Positions 1 through 9,377 of a stretch of DNA of 58,382 bases are shown one piece after another; the first letter of the stretch is position 1, and each line of letters starts with the position of its first letter. Source of the DNA: a virus (lineage: Duplodnaviria > Caudoviricetes). The notes below the pieces were generated by a model. That model was not told where the DNA came from. It was given only the letters and a program-made list of their open reading frames with translations, and searched no databases. The DNA is taken from positions 1 through 58,382 of the IMG/VR virus record IMGVR_UViG_3300009158_000057. One strand, written 5' to 3'. The translations under genes were made by a program, and so were the position numbers.

Positions 1-78
1 ATAACCATCGTGATGGCAGTAAATCTGAGCAACGGTACCGTTCTCATACTCAATTGCAATTGTGCTACGTGTAGACAT
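1..78 (-). CDS. Conserved phage hypothetical protein, 5' part only (runs off window start)
   Basis: Hand translation from ATG at 78: MSTRSTIAIEYENGTVAQIYCHHDGY, matching the TRSxI...YCHxDGY motif common in early genes of large phages. Confidence 0.75.
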   Translation of the reverse strand, partial: MSTRSTIAIEYENGTVAQIYCHHDGY

Positions 79-365
79 TATTCCACATCTCCATAAATCG
101 AATTCAGCATACTATACAAAACTTGTTGCGGCTCACTATCCGTAGCGCCAAAGTCGGCAAAGAATGACATAACGTTATGAATGTTCTTTTCCACTTCGAA
201 TATACTTAAACCACTGTTTATGTCACGTTCAATTGCATTGTTTAGAGCAACTGCCACGAATTCAGGATTAATCTCTCGACCGTCTTCGTCCGCAGCAGCA
301 TACAACTGCCAGTCATCGGCAGTCAAGGTAATACTAACACTCTTTTTAATTTTAACACCGCGCAT
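78..365 (-). CDS. Hypothetical protein (95 aa)
   Basis: ORF track; tightly packed with neighbours (stop overlaps next ATG). Confidence 0.7.
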   Translation of the reverse strand: MRGVKIKKSVSITLTADDWQLYAAADEDGREINPEFVAVALNNAIERDINSGLSIFEVEKNIHNVMSFFADFGATDSEPQQVLYSMLNSIYGDVE

Positions 366-366
366 G

Positions 367-516
367 TTATAACACCTTCAATTTGTTTTGAATTTCAAAA
401 ATACGATTTTCAATACGGGCGTTGTCTTCATCGGACAATTCGCCACGGATTTCGCAAAGCATAATAAGTTCTTCGTTCAAACTGTCAATAGCTTCTTTCA
501 AACTTCTGCACAACAT
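367..516 (-). CDS. Small hypothetical protein (49 aa)
   Basis: Hand translation MLCRSLKEAIDSLNEELIMLCEIRGELSDEDNARIENRIFEIQNKLKVL; fills the gap between two minus-strand genes with 1-nt spacers. Confidence 0.6.
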   Translation of the reverse strand: MLCRSLKEAIDSLNEELIMLCEIRGELSDEDNARIENRIFEIQNKLKVL

Positions 517-517
517 C

Positions 518-1000
518 TTAAGCTGCCAGAGCCGCATTAAGGCTCTGCTCCTTTACAGTTGCACCATTACGCATGGTGTACGTGGCGCTATAGTTAGCGC
601 GGTCGCCAGCGGGCAGCATGTCCCACTGTTCAGTCTTGCTGGCAATCTCTTGCCGCATGTAACCGTATTCATCATTGCTGATGGTACGGCGGGCAACGTA
701 CTTGTCACCCATGCGCGAGATACGGACAGGCGTCTGCCACTCTTCGCCTTCAACCGCATCATCATCGGCAATGCGCCAGTCAATGACGTATTCCTTGAAG
801 GAATCATTGAAGTCCTCAATGAGGACTAGCAGCGGGTCGATACCCGTGGCGACAAAGTCCATAACATCGGGAACAGACAGGTTGTCGACCACGTAGGTAG
901 AACCGCCTTTGAACTTCCAGTATTGCGGGCATTCACCCTTACCGTCCCACGCATGGGCGCCGTAGTTCTCTTCGTGCTGGGTATCAATGATGATCTTCAT
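518..1000 (-). CDS. Conserved phage hypothetical protein (160 aa)
   Basis: N-terminal TQxxENYGAHxWDGKGECPQYWKFKGG motif typical of T4-like early proteins; first gene after a sigma70 promoter. Confidence 0.8.
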   Translation of the reverse strand: MKIIIDTQHEENYGAHAWDGKGECPQYWKFKGGSTYVVDNLSVPDVMDFVATGIDPLLVLIEDFNDSFKEYVIDWRIADDDAVEGEEWQTPVRISRMGDKYVARRTISNDEYGYMRQEIASKTEQWDMLPAGDRANYSATYTMRNGATVKEQSLNAALAA

Positions 1001-1035
1001 AAACTTGTCTCTCTCAACTCAATTTCAATATAGCT

Positions 1036-1063
1036 ATAATAACAAATTGGTAGGTAAAGTCAA
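1036..1063 (-). promoter_or_regulatory. Sigma70-type early promoter
   Basis: TTGACT-16 nt-TATTAT with TGn extended -10. Confidence 0.7.
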
Positions 1064-1071
1064 GAACTATC

Positions 1072-1162
1072 TTTTGTTTAAAATCAAACACTTAGCCGAG
1101 TAATCCGTAAGTCATTGTTTTTGTTAAGAATTTAGTTTTTGTTTAAAATCAAGCACTTAGCC
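1072..1162. promoter_or_regulatory. Direct repeat carrying IHF-consensus boxes
   Basis: TTTTGTTTAAAATCAA(A/G)CACTTAGCC at 1072-1097 and 1137-1162, each containing WATCAANNNNTTR; degenerate inverted copy at about 1118-1130. Confidence 0.6.
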
Positions 1163-1171
1163 ATTTCAGTC

Positions 1172-1198
1172 AAAAAAAGGGGTGGATTTCTCCACCCC
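1172..1198 (-). terminator. Rho-independent terminator
   Basis: GGGGTGGA-GAAA-TCCACCCC followed by T7 on the minus strand, just after the 1207..2673 stop. Confidence 0.85.
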
Positions 1199-1206
1199 GA
1201 GGTAGT

Positions 1207-2673
1207 CTAGGCGGCAAGTTTCTTGACCTCTGTCAGCGTCAGGGTATCGCCACGGTGGTTGCAAGCCTTACAGAGAACTTTACCGTCCTCTATCTTACCA
1301 CCACGCGCATGTGGCGTATCATGACCAAACTCGGCTTCATCAACAGAGATGGCCTTCTCGCAGGTGAAGCATTTGTTATTCTGCTTTGCAAGGGCAACCT
1401 CACGCTCGGCGCGAGACATGCTGCGCTTGCTTTCGGGGAAAACAATACCCATTCTGTTAAACGCAGGAGCATCGGCATCAACCTTAAGAGTACCCTTGAA
1501 CTTTTTACCTAGCATGTGTTCGAGGAGAAGACGGGCAGCAAAGGCCTGCTTTTTTCCGTCAGAGAAGGACTTCTTATAGACCTTGAAGATATTCTTAACG
1601 ATATCTTCTTCGCCTTCTGTTCCCTTGATAATATCAGAACAATTCTTGATAGCATCAATAGCATTAACAAACTTAATATTAAATGCTGTCATATCGTAGA
1701 ACTTAAAGGTATTTCTAGCGCGATACAATTCAAACCAAATACACTCAAAAGCACTGAAATCATCTTCGGTAATCTTGCGTTTCTTTTCCTTGGACAGTTC
1801 AAAGAGAGTATCAAAGAAATTCTTGATAGTATCCATGTGCTTCTTCTGAATAGTAAACTCCTTGCTATCTTCGCGTTCCACGAGACTAGAAAGATCCTCG
1901 TGACCAGCATCAAAATCGCTGTCAGTGGCATCAGGATCACAAACGGCAACACTCTTGAGGAGAATTACCGACACATCTCTTGCCCAACGTGCCTTGGCGT
2001 TAGTACAACCAAGATACTTCGCCACATTCTTTGTGCTTTCTTCTTTATTAGACTGTTTAGAAAGTTCAAAGATACGATGCGGCTGATTCCAATCATACTC
2101 TTTGTATTCACGATAGAACATACGGATCTGTTTAAGAACTTCCGACTGATCATTAGCCATGATCATTTCATAGTCATTAACCTTAGTGCCTTTATTGATA
2201 GCACGGAAAATAAGGATCGCTTGCTGTGAAGAACAAATTTTTTCATCAATATTCACCACGAAATTATTAAAATAATCGCGTTCTTCTTTACTCAATTCAG
2301 TATAGGACTTTTTCTGACCATTAACTCTGACCTTGAAAAAGCCGTTGATAAAACACTGAATGGCGCGTGTCCTGTGTCCAGCATCAATCACAAGAAAATC
2401 ATTGTTAGAATAATATAACTTAATGTTTTCTTCATAAAGATGCGGGCCTTCGCTGGTAGAACGAATATCACGCAACGTAATCATACCGATACCAACACCA
2501 TTGAAAATGGATTCAACGATTCCCCTATCCTTGGGACAACCAATAGTGTCATTGGTAGATTCCCGTTGAGAGATAGGGTTGGTATTGATTTGACCACCGA
2601 TGATAGCATCATATATCTGCTTAACAGTTTTGCAGGAATATGTGGTCTTGATTAAACCCAATTCATTTGACAT
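1207..2673 (-). CDS. DUF262 (ParB/Srx-like) plus C-terminal HNH nuclease, GmrSD-like architecture
   Basis: N-terminal NPISQR...IVESIFNG.GIG.I...VIDAGHRTRAI...IFRAINKG; C-terminal CxxC...HDTPHARGG...LCKACN HNH zinc motif. Confidence 0.75.
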   Translation of the reverse strand: MSNELGLIKTTYSCKTVKQIYDAIIGGQINTNPISQRESTNDTIGCPKDRGIVESIFNGVGIGMITLRDIRSTSEGPHLYEENIKLYYSNNDFLVIDAGHRTRAIQCFINGFFKVRVNGQKKSYTELSKEERDYFNNFVVNIDEKICSSQQAILIFRAINKGTKVNDYEMIMANDQSEVLKQIRMFYREYKEYDWNQPHRIFELSKQSNKEESTKNVAKYLGCTNAKARWARDVSVILLKSVAVCDPDATDSDFDAGHEDLSSLVEREDSKEFTIQKKHMDTIKNFFDTLFELSKEKKRKITEDDFSAFECIWFELYRARNTFKFYDMTAFNIKFVNAIDAIKNCSDIIKGTEGEEDIVKNIFKVYKKSFSDGKKQAFAARLLLEHMLGKKFKGTLKVDADAPAFNRMGIVFPESKRSMSRAEREVALAKQNNKCFTCEKAISVDEAEFGHDTPHARGGKIEDGKVLCKACNHRGDTLTLTEVKKLAA

Positions 2674-2694
2674 TTTGGTTGTCCCTTTTATAGA

Positions 2695-3183
2695 TTAAGC
2701 GCGGCGCAGGAAAGACGGAATTTCCATCTCGCCTTCGCTCTGCTTCGTTTCTTCTACCCGAACCTTAGCGCGAGCGCGGGCCAAACCAGCCTTGAACTCT
2801 TCTACAGTCATCTTCTTGGGCTGCGTAGGAGCGGGTACCACAAGTGTTGCGCCAGTAGTCTGCATAACAGCAGCGGGCGGCAACAGCGTCTCCACAGCGA
2901 CTTCCTTAGTCGCGGGAGCAGTCTTCGCCTTTGCCTTGCGGGTAAAGACAGCCTTACCAGCGTCAGGAACCCGCTTGGTAATATTAGTCAGACCCTTGCG
3001 GATCACAGCCTTGTAATAGTTGTGGATAGCATTGCCAAGCTTGATTTCCAGAGTGTCAGCAATCATCTTGCCGATCTGACTTTCAGGCATTGTAGGATTA
3101 GCGTTAATCAGCGAAATTGCAATCTTAAGCTTTTCGCCACGGCTAAACGACTTGGCGGTAGTCACATTGGTATCAGTAGTCAT
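2695..3183 (-). CDS. Basic Ala/Lys-rich hypothetical protein, possibly DNA binding
   Basis: ORF track; start chosen from GGAG SD 9 nt upstream of ATG 3183; follows a sigma70 promoter. Confidence 0.7.
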   Translation of the reverse strand: MTTDTNVTTAKSFSRGEKLKIAISLINANPTMPESQIGKMIADTLEIKLGNAIHNYYKAVIRKGLTNITKRVPDAGKAVFTRKAKAKTAPATKEVAVETLLPPAAVMQTTGATLVVPAPTQPKKMTVEEFKAGLARARAKVRVEETKQSEGEMEIPSFLRRA

Positions 3184-3246
3184 AATCATAGTCTCCATTA
3201 TCAAAAGTAGGTAGGGACACCACGTCCCCTCTCACATTGCCTACAT

Positions 3247-3306
3247 ATAATGACATGGATTTTGGGTATTGTCAACAACTAAATTCATAACAAAATCAAT
3301 AGGTTA
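3247..3306 (-). promoter_or_regulatory. Sigma70 early promoter with upstream IHF-like box
   Basis: TTGACA(3275-3270)-17 nt-CATTAT; AATCAATAGGTTA at 3294-3306. Confidence 0.7.
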
Positions 3307-3321
3307 CAACCCATCAAAATT

Positions 3322-3798
3322 TTATGTAAGGATATCAAGCACTTGGCCAACAAGATTTTTTGAGTATTTTCTGTTGTATTTATGCACCAACCCGACTTCC
3401 CTACCGTAGGCCTCGATTTCCCACGGTAAATCATGGTAATCTATGTTCTTTACGTTCATTCGAGTACGATTCCACTTGAATTCGTGAATGTCTTTACCGT
3501 CTCTTAGCTCGCCCCTATGATACTGTTTAAGATGCACCATCTCATGCGCTAGGGTTTCAATCTGCTCTTCGATCTTATCGTCAACAATTTCTATAACAAA
3601 CAGAGTAGGCACTTTTTCATCAAAGTCTAAGACTTCACAATTGCCCTTTTCGTTCTTCCATTTTTCTGTTAGAACGATTTCAAGTTCAATGTCAGGTATT
3701 GAATAGTCAGGCAAAAGGCAATCTGCAAAAAATCTTGCTGCTCTTTCTAGCTCTGCTCTAGTCTCAACAGAAAAGTTACCTTTAAATTCTACAAGCAT
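3322..3798 (-). CDS. Zincin-like (HExxH) metallopeptidase-family protein
   Basis: TLAHEMVHLKQ and downstream PWEIEAY. Confidence 0.75.
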   Translation of the reverse strand: MLVEFKGNFSVETRAELERAARFFADCLLPDYSIPDIELEIVLTEKWKNEKGNCEVLDFDEKVPTLFVIEIVDDKIEEQIETLAHEMVHLKQYHRGELRDGKDIHEFKWNRTRMNVKNIDYHDLPWEIEAYGREVGLVHKYNRKYSKNLVGQVLDILT

Positions 3799-3970
3799 TT
3801 GGTGACCTAGCAAAGAAGCGCGGCGTGTAGCCATCAAACGCCGCGCCAGAGTTTAATGATTTACATAGACTTTTCATTGTTGTTTCATTAGAAGAAAACT
3901 CAATGATAGCTTTTGTTTGAATTTCAAAGATACAGAACAGGCTACTCATTGTTTTGATTTTATAGTTCAT
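3782..3970 (-). CDS. Small conserved phage protein (62 aa)
   Basis: ATGA overlap with gene 41 stop; C-terminal LNSGAAFDGYTPRFF motif. Confidence 0.65.
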   Translation of the reverse strand: MNYKIKTMSSLFCIFEIQTKAIIEFSSNETTMKSLCKSLNSGAAFDGYTPRFFARSPNACRI

Positions 3971-5412
3971 GAAATCTTAAGACCACTAAAGTCTTTCCTT
4001 CCCGCTTTCTTTGTTACAAAACGCATTGTCTCTTCTTCGTTGTAGCGTTCACCGAATTTAGAGTTGTCCATAACTGGTTTATCTTCGTTCTTTTTCTTAG
4101 ACCGCGGTCCATCAAGAATATCTTGCTGTGCAGACTGTTCAACATCATAGAACTTCATCTTAGCTTTGTTGACACCGATAACGAAACGTCGGTTGTTAGC
4201 AGGGTCATCATAACGGTTCTTCAACTGCTTAACTAGGATCTGATTAAGACCCTCTAGCTCTTCTGTAGAGATAAGAGCAAACATAAGGTCAGCAGTCGCA
4301 GGCAGCGCAAACGACTCAGAAGTGTTGTCTAGACCAACGTCAGAAGAGTTATACGCATCACGATTACTCTGTGTAGCAGAGATAATTGGTAGATCGAACT
4401 CTACAGCAAGACCACGTAGCTCTTCAGCAATTGCTTTCACATACATGTAGCTGTTAACTGTGCCACCCATCTTCATACGTGCAGACGCACAGATATTCAG
4501 ATAGTCAATATAGATGATATCTGGTATAAAGTTCTTCTTGATACGTAGCTCTTGAATGAGATGCCTGAAGTGTGCAGAGCCAGCAGCAGCAGTAGGATAC
4601 TCTTTCACGATTAGCTTGCCGCGTGTCTTCTCTCTGATCTTACTGATCTTCTTATCAAAATACTCTTTCGGTAGTTCTTTAAGATCATCAATCGTCATGT
4701 CCATCAAGTTAGCGTCAATACGTTCTGCAATACGCTCTTCAGACATTTCCATAGTGATGTAGAGTACGTTCTTACCCACAGTCAAATTGTGTGAAGCACA
4801 GTGCGTCATGAACATAGTCTTACCAACACCAGTAGATGCAAGAATGATGTTCAGAGTCTTGCGAGACAGACCACCCTTGGTGATCTTGTTGAAGAACTCT
4901 AGATCGAAATCAATCTTCTCTTCTTTCAGATGGTAAAACGCATAACGTCGATCAGAATCTTCAATAAAGTCATGCCCAATATTAGTATCAAAAGAAACTG
5001 CAAGAGCTTCAGTAAGAATTTGTGGAATACTACCCTTACTACGCTTAACATCTTTCTTGTCAATGATCTTGATTGAATCCATGATAGCATTGTATACAGC
5101 TTTCTCTTGACAAAACTTTTCTGTTTCGTCTGTTAACCAATCAATAGATGTATTCAAGTCTGCTTTGAGTGCGTTGATCTCGCCATCGCAAATCTTGAAT
5201 TCATCTTCAGTTAGATTTTCTAATCCCTGCAACGAGGACAAGACTGCCTCTTTAGAAGGCATCTTGTTGTACGACTTCACATAGTTTTCAATCAGAGTAA
5301 ACGTAATCTTGTGCGACCTAGATTGGAAATACTCTGACTTCAGAAAAGGAAGTACCTTTCTGCTATACTCTTCGTTGTAAAGAAGATGTGAAAAAATTAC
5401 GTCTTCAATCAT
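3967..5412 (-). CDS. 41: Replicative DNA helicase gp41 (DnaB-like)
   Basis: Walker A ASTGVGKT, YITMEMSE, IYIDYLNIC, SATQSNR, LKNRY. Confidence 0.97.
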   Translation of the reverse strand: MIEDVIFSHLLYNEEYSRKVLPFLKSEYFQSRSHKITFTLIENYVKSYNKMPSKEAVLSSLQGLENLTEDEFKICDGEINALKADLNTSIDWLTDETEKFCQEKAVYNAIMDSIKIIDKKDVKRSKGSIPQILTEALAVSFDTNIGHDFIEDSDRRYAFYHLKEEKIDFDLEFFNKITKGGLSRKTLNIILASTGVGKTMFMTHCASHNLTVGKNVLYITMEMSEERIAERIDANLMDMTIDDLKELPKEYFDKKISKIREKTRGKLIVKEYPTAAAGSAHFRHLIQELRIKKNFIPDIIYIDYLNICASARMKMGGTVNSYMYVKAIAEELRGLAVEFDLPIISATQSNRDAYNSSDVGLDNTSESFALPATADLMFALISTEELEGLNQILVKQLKNRYDDPANNRRFVIGVNKAKMKFYDVEQSAQQDILDGPRSKKKNEDKPVMDNSKFGERYNEEETMRFVTKKAGRKDFSGLKIS

Positions 5413-6470
5413 TAATCTTCACCGTAGATATCTTCTAGCTGTTGATCAGTCATGATATCACCGTGTGCCATCATGTACTTTGTCTCAATGTATGTTCTGA
5501 AAGACTTTGACTTGAGAACAGGTAGCCAGAAGTCCTTAGTGTTGGTATCTGCTTGGCGATAGTTCTTCTCTGCAACTTCGCCAGTTTCCATATCGACTTT
5601 CTGATACCAACCGTTCTTGGGCTTAATAACATGACCAGACTCAAGAGCAACTTCAAGTAGACCTGACCATGAACTGATGCCACCAGTGAATGAGACTTCA
5701 ATTGGAATCTTCGACTTCTCTCTAACAAAGCGGCTCTTCTCAACGTTGATGATGAAGTTATAGCCAGTTAGTTCAGTGCCGTCCTTCTCTTGCTGACGAC
5801 CGATGATGAAGATGTTATCAGCAGAGTAATACGAACCAGTACCACCACCAACGATAGCCTTGGGGAACATGCCAATTTCCATGTACGTGTGATTGACAAC
5901 AACAAGCGGAATGTCCTTGATGTTCAAGTGCGGCGTAACAATACGGAATAGCGACTTGATCTGCTTTGCTCTCGACATATCAGCAACAGACTTGCCGTCC
6001 ATTGCGTCATCGACTTCTTTCTTTGAAGCAAGATTGCCGATAGAGTCAATGACGATGATAACGTGATCACCACGATTGATTGTACTCAACTGATTAGTGA
6101 TATCTACCTTCAACTGTTCAACGTCAGTGATCGGCGTATGCAGCACACGTGCAGGATCAATACCGAATGTTTGGAAGTACGCCTGAGGCGCACCAAACTC
6201 TGAGTCATAGAACAACAACATTGCATCATCATACTTGTCAAGATATGCCTTGACCATCATGAGAGAAAACGCAGTCTTAAAGTGCTTAGACGGACCAGCA
6301 AACATCGTAAGACCTGGAGTTAGACCACCGTCTAGACGGCCAGACAATGCAACGTTCAACATAGGTACTGACGTAGCAATCATGTCCTTCTTTTCAAAGA
6401 ACTTTGATTCAGAAAGAATGTCTGACTCTTTAACGGTAGAACTCTTTCTTAGTTTTTCTAAAATGCTCAT
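5412..6470 (-). CDS. uvsX: RecA-like recombinase UvsX
   Basis: GPSKHFKT Walker A, FYDSEFG, IDSIGNLASKKE, GGGTG. Confidence 0.97.
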   Translation of the reverse strand: MSILEKLRKSSTVKESDILSESKFFEKKDMIATSVPMLNVALSGRLDGGLTPGLTMFAGPSKHFKTAFSLMMVKAYLDKYDDAMLLFYDSEFGAPQAYFQTFGIDPARVLHTPITDVEQLKVDITNQLSTINRGDHVIIVIDSIGNLASKKEVDDAMDGKSVADMSRAKQIKSLFRIVTPHLNIKDIPLVVVNHTYMEIGMFPKAIVGGGTGSYYSADNIFIIGRQQEKDGTELTGYNFIINVEKSRFVREKSKIPIEVSFTGGISSWSGLLEVALESGHVIKPKNGWYQKVDMETGEVAEKNYRQADTNTKDFWLPVLKSKSFRTYIETKYMMAHGDIMTDQQLEDIYGED

Positions 6471-6499
6471 AATATCTCCTGTTTATGCCACTGTTCATC

Positions 6500-6528
6500 A
6501 TTGTATACTAGATCAAACAAAATGTCAA
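6500..6528 (-). promoter_or_regulatory. Sigma70-type promoter for uvsX-41
   Basis: TTGACA-17 nt-TACAAT. Confidence 0.75.
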
Positions 6529-6812
6529 CTGCCATTTGCGATAGCGTGTAATTTCTTTCGGTACGCTTCAATTTTTGCTTTACGATCAGGCCAATAGATG
6601 TATTCTTTTGTGTCTGCATCTTTGACAAGGTTGTTTAGCAGCGGTTCAATTGATTTCAATAGGTCGTCTATGATCTGCTGATAACCTTGCGCGGCAATCA
6701 AAATTGCGGGTTGCAAGTCTTTTATAATAGGTGCTTTGATCTCGTCTTCGCTTGCGGATGTAAATCCGAAATCAAAATCAAAATCAATTTCTGTTGCTTG
6801 TTTAGTTGCCAT
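6525..6812 (-). CDS. Conserved T4-like hypothetical protein between 43 and uvsX
   Basis: DFDFGF...PLLNNL...KEYIYWPDR motif; overlaps gene 43 stop. Confidence 0.75.
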   Translation of the reverse strand: MATKQATEIDFDFDFGFTSASEDEIKAPIIKDLQPAILIAAQGYQQIIDDLLKSIEPLLNNLVKDADTKEYIYWPDRKAKIEAYRKKLHAIANGS

Positions 6813-9300
6813 TTAGAAAGTCCTCCAATGTTGACATGTGTTCTGTTTTCCATTTAATAACACTAGTGATGCTCCTAATAGGATCAAAGAAAGCTTTATC
6901 GAATTGTAGATTGTAATCAATGTATCTCTCTAGCTTCAACTCTGGTGGTAGAACACCAGGACAAGAGATTACATTTTCACGAAACGAATTCGGCAGCTTC
7001 ATATAACAGAACTTGATCTTCTCGCCTTCTTTAACTGTTGCGTACTTACGATCAAGATTGTTTTCACGCAGTAGAGCATTATACACTAGGGCTCCACGCA
7101 CATGCATCGGTGTGCCGTCAGTGTATATCTTTTTTTCATCACTGTATTTAAGAATGCCGTTGCAGCCACGAGGAAAGGCAACCTCTTCAAACTTCAGCTT
7201 AGAGAATTCATCTCTAAACGTATCAATAAACTCAATAAGCTTACCGTTGTTACCTTGCATGATGATCTTGAGTGCAAGCTTAATCTTCTCTCGACACGAA
7301 TACGGCGTCGAGGACTTAACAGCTTCGATGCCTTTCATGTATAGCTTAGGCTCATCATACTTAACGCCTTCGCTGTCGTACACGTTCATGATGTACTTCT
7401 TCTTCGCAATGAAGATAGCAGTGTCACAAATGTTCTCACGCTTCATCTTCATCTGATTGACATAAGAGTTTGTGTATTCTTTCAGGCGTTCAAACGACTT
7501 GTTAATCACAGGCTCTAGTTTATCAGAACAGACCTTGTTCACAAACTCTGTGACTTTCTGCACATCTGACGTATCAGTAAACACAGACTTGACTAGATCG
7601 TCCAGCGAGACGAACACAGAGTCGGTGTCGCAGTACACAACATACTGCTTATCTGTTGTCTTAAGAAGTTTGTTAAGATAAGCATCAATGTCTTGTGCAA
7701 CCCAACGAATAGCTAACTGACCATGAATAGTGATACCTTCTGCGTAATCATTCTGATAGAAACGAAACGCTGGATTACCAGTAGCACCGAACAAACTGTT
7801 AAGAACAATCTTCTTGACTAGCTGTAGATTGTGATAGCGAGAAACACCGTTAGAATCGTTAGCTTGCTTTGCTTCTTTCTTAAGTTTGTTATACTCGACA
7901 CGTTCAGCATACATCTTCAACACGATCTCAGGGAATAGACCTTGCTTCTCTTTGTTCCACAAAGCGCCGTTGGCAGACATTGCAACATTATTTTCTTGTA
8001 GAATAGATTGCTTGTCAAACTTACCTGCAAGTAGTTCATCAACATTCATCGTGTTAACTTTACCAGCATGTGTTTCTGGCGACATGTTGTTCTGCACGAT
8101 CAAAGAAGGATACAGACTGTTAACGTCAAACGTTGTGATCCACTTGTGCATACCTACTTTTGGATCACGTACATAAGCGCCAGTGAACTGCGAGTCTTTT
8201 GTGCTTTCTCTCTGCAACGGTACAACGATCTTACGATCTAGCAGATAGTTGTGAATGATGATATCCCACAGTCTAATGCTTGTGAACATATCATCATACT
8301 TGATCTTAGCGTCATAAGCAAGAGTAAGACCTAGAGCAAGAAGACCTAGCTTCTCTTCTAGACGATCAACTAGTTCAACGTCATGAATATTATATTCGAT
8401 ATACTTTTGAAAGTTGTTGCGACACATCTCAGTCAAGCTACCGTACTCAGAGTAGTCTAGCTTACGTTCACCTAGCTCAGTAAAAGCAACGTGATCTAGT
8501 CTATAGCTTTCTTGTTGTGTGTATGTAAACTTCTTGTAGATGCGTAGATAGTCTAGAACACAAACACCGAGCGGTCGATACGTCTGCTGCTCTTTGCCGT
8601 TACCGTGAATGTCGATCTTCTTTTCGTCTAACATTCCCCACGGCGACAAACGCTTTGCATGTTCTTTATCTAGCACACGTTCAATACGATTGATGATGTA
8701 CGGTACGTCAAAGAACTCAATGTTCCAGCCAGTAATAACATCTGGATCAACAGCCTGCCAGTAACCGATGAACTCTTGAAGCAGCCGCTTTTCATCGCTG
8801 CACTTCACATACTTCACATTAGATTGATGGACTTCAAACTCACCGCAGCCAAACGTTGTGATCTTGTCTTTGACTTTACACGTGATAGCAGTGATTGGTT
8901 GATTTGCAGTTTCAATATTTGGAAAGCCAGTATCATCGCCATCGGGCGCACATTCGATATCTAGATTGATGATACGAACTGTGTCTAGGTTGTACTGAAC
9001 TTTGCCTGGATACTCATCGTTGAGAAACGGATACAGAAATGAATTCAGACCGTAGATGCTCATGCCACCTACGTCTTTGTATCGCTCGACAAAATCTTTT
9101 GCTTCTCGAATGTTCTCAAAAGAGATTTTCTCAGCAGACTTGCCCTCTAGAGTTTTGTACTCAGAGTTTTTCTCTTTGCTAGAGACAAACAAGTATGGAG
9201 CGTAATTGACTTTGCGTTGAATTCTGCGGCCGTTGTTGTAACCACGCAGAAAGATAGTGTTGCCTCGTTGCGAGACCTCAGTGTAAAAACTCTCAAACAT
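6802..9300 (-). CDS. 43: Family B DNA polymerase gp43
   Basis: Exo motifs DIE and GWNIEFFD; Pol motifs DVNSLYPS, KIVLNSLFG, YCDTDS, KKKY; uninterrupted. Confidence 0.98.
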   Translation of the reverse strand: MFESFYTEVSQRGNTIFLRGYNNGRRIQRKVNYAPYLFVSSKEKNSEYKTLEGKSAEKISFENIREAKDFVERYKDVGGMSIYGLNSFLYPFLNDEYPGKVQYNLDTVRIINLDIECAPDGDDTGFPNIETANQPITAITCKVKDKITTFGCGEFEVHQSNVKYVKCSDEKRLLQEFIGYWQAVDPDVITGWNIEFFDVPYIINRIERVLDKEHAKRLSPWGMLDEKKIDIHGNGKEQQTYRPLGVCVLDYLRIYKKFTYTQQESYRLDHVAFTELGERKLDYSEYGSLTEMCRNNFQKYIEYNIHDVELVDRLEEKLGLLALGLTLAYDAKIKYDDMFTSIRLWDIIIHNYLLDRKIVVPLQRESTKDSQFTGAYVRDPKVGMHKWITTFDVNSLYPSLIVQNNMSPETHAGKVNTMNVDELLAGKFDKQSILQENNVAMSANGALWNKEKQGLFPEIVLKMYAERVEYNKLKKEAKQANDSNGVSRYHNLQLVKKIVLNSLFGATGNPAFRFYQNDYAEGITIHGQLAIRWVAQDIDAYLNKLLKTTDKQYVVYCDTDSVFVSLDDLVKSVFTDTSDVQKVTEFVNKVCSDKLEPVINKSFERLKEYTNSYVNQMKMKRENICDTAIFIAKKKYIMNVYDSEGVKYDEPKLYMKGIEAVKSSTPYSCREKIKLALKIIMQGNNGKLIEFIDTFRDEFSKLKFEEVAFPRGCNGILKYSDEKKIYTDGTPMHVRGALVYNALLRENNLDRKYATVKEGEKIKFCYMKLPNSFRENVISCPGVLPPELKLERYIDYNLQFDKAFFDPIRSITSVIKWKTEHMSTLEDFLNGN

Positions 9301-9348
9301 TCATTGTACCTTCAAGTTGGTAGCTGTAAACGTACAGCGCATATCATC

Positions 9349-9377
9349 ATTATATACGAAAGCGAGCAACTAGTAAA
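9349..9377 (-). promoter_or_regulatory. Sigma70-type promoter for gene 43
   Basis: TTTACT-17 nt-TATAAT. Confidence 0.65.

Noticed and set aside
422-2655. Plus-strand ORFs such as 422..829 and 1516..2229
   Set aside because: Antisense shadows of well-supported minus-strand genes, with no SD or motifs; the same applies to the many short antisense ORFs across the window
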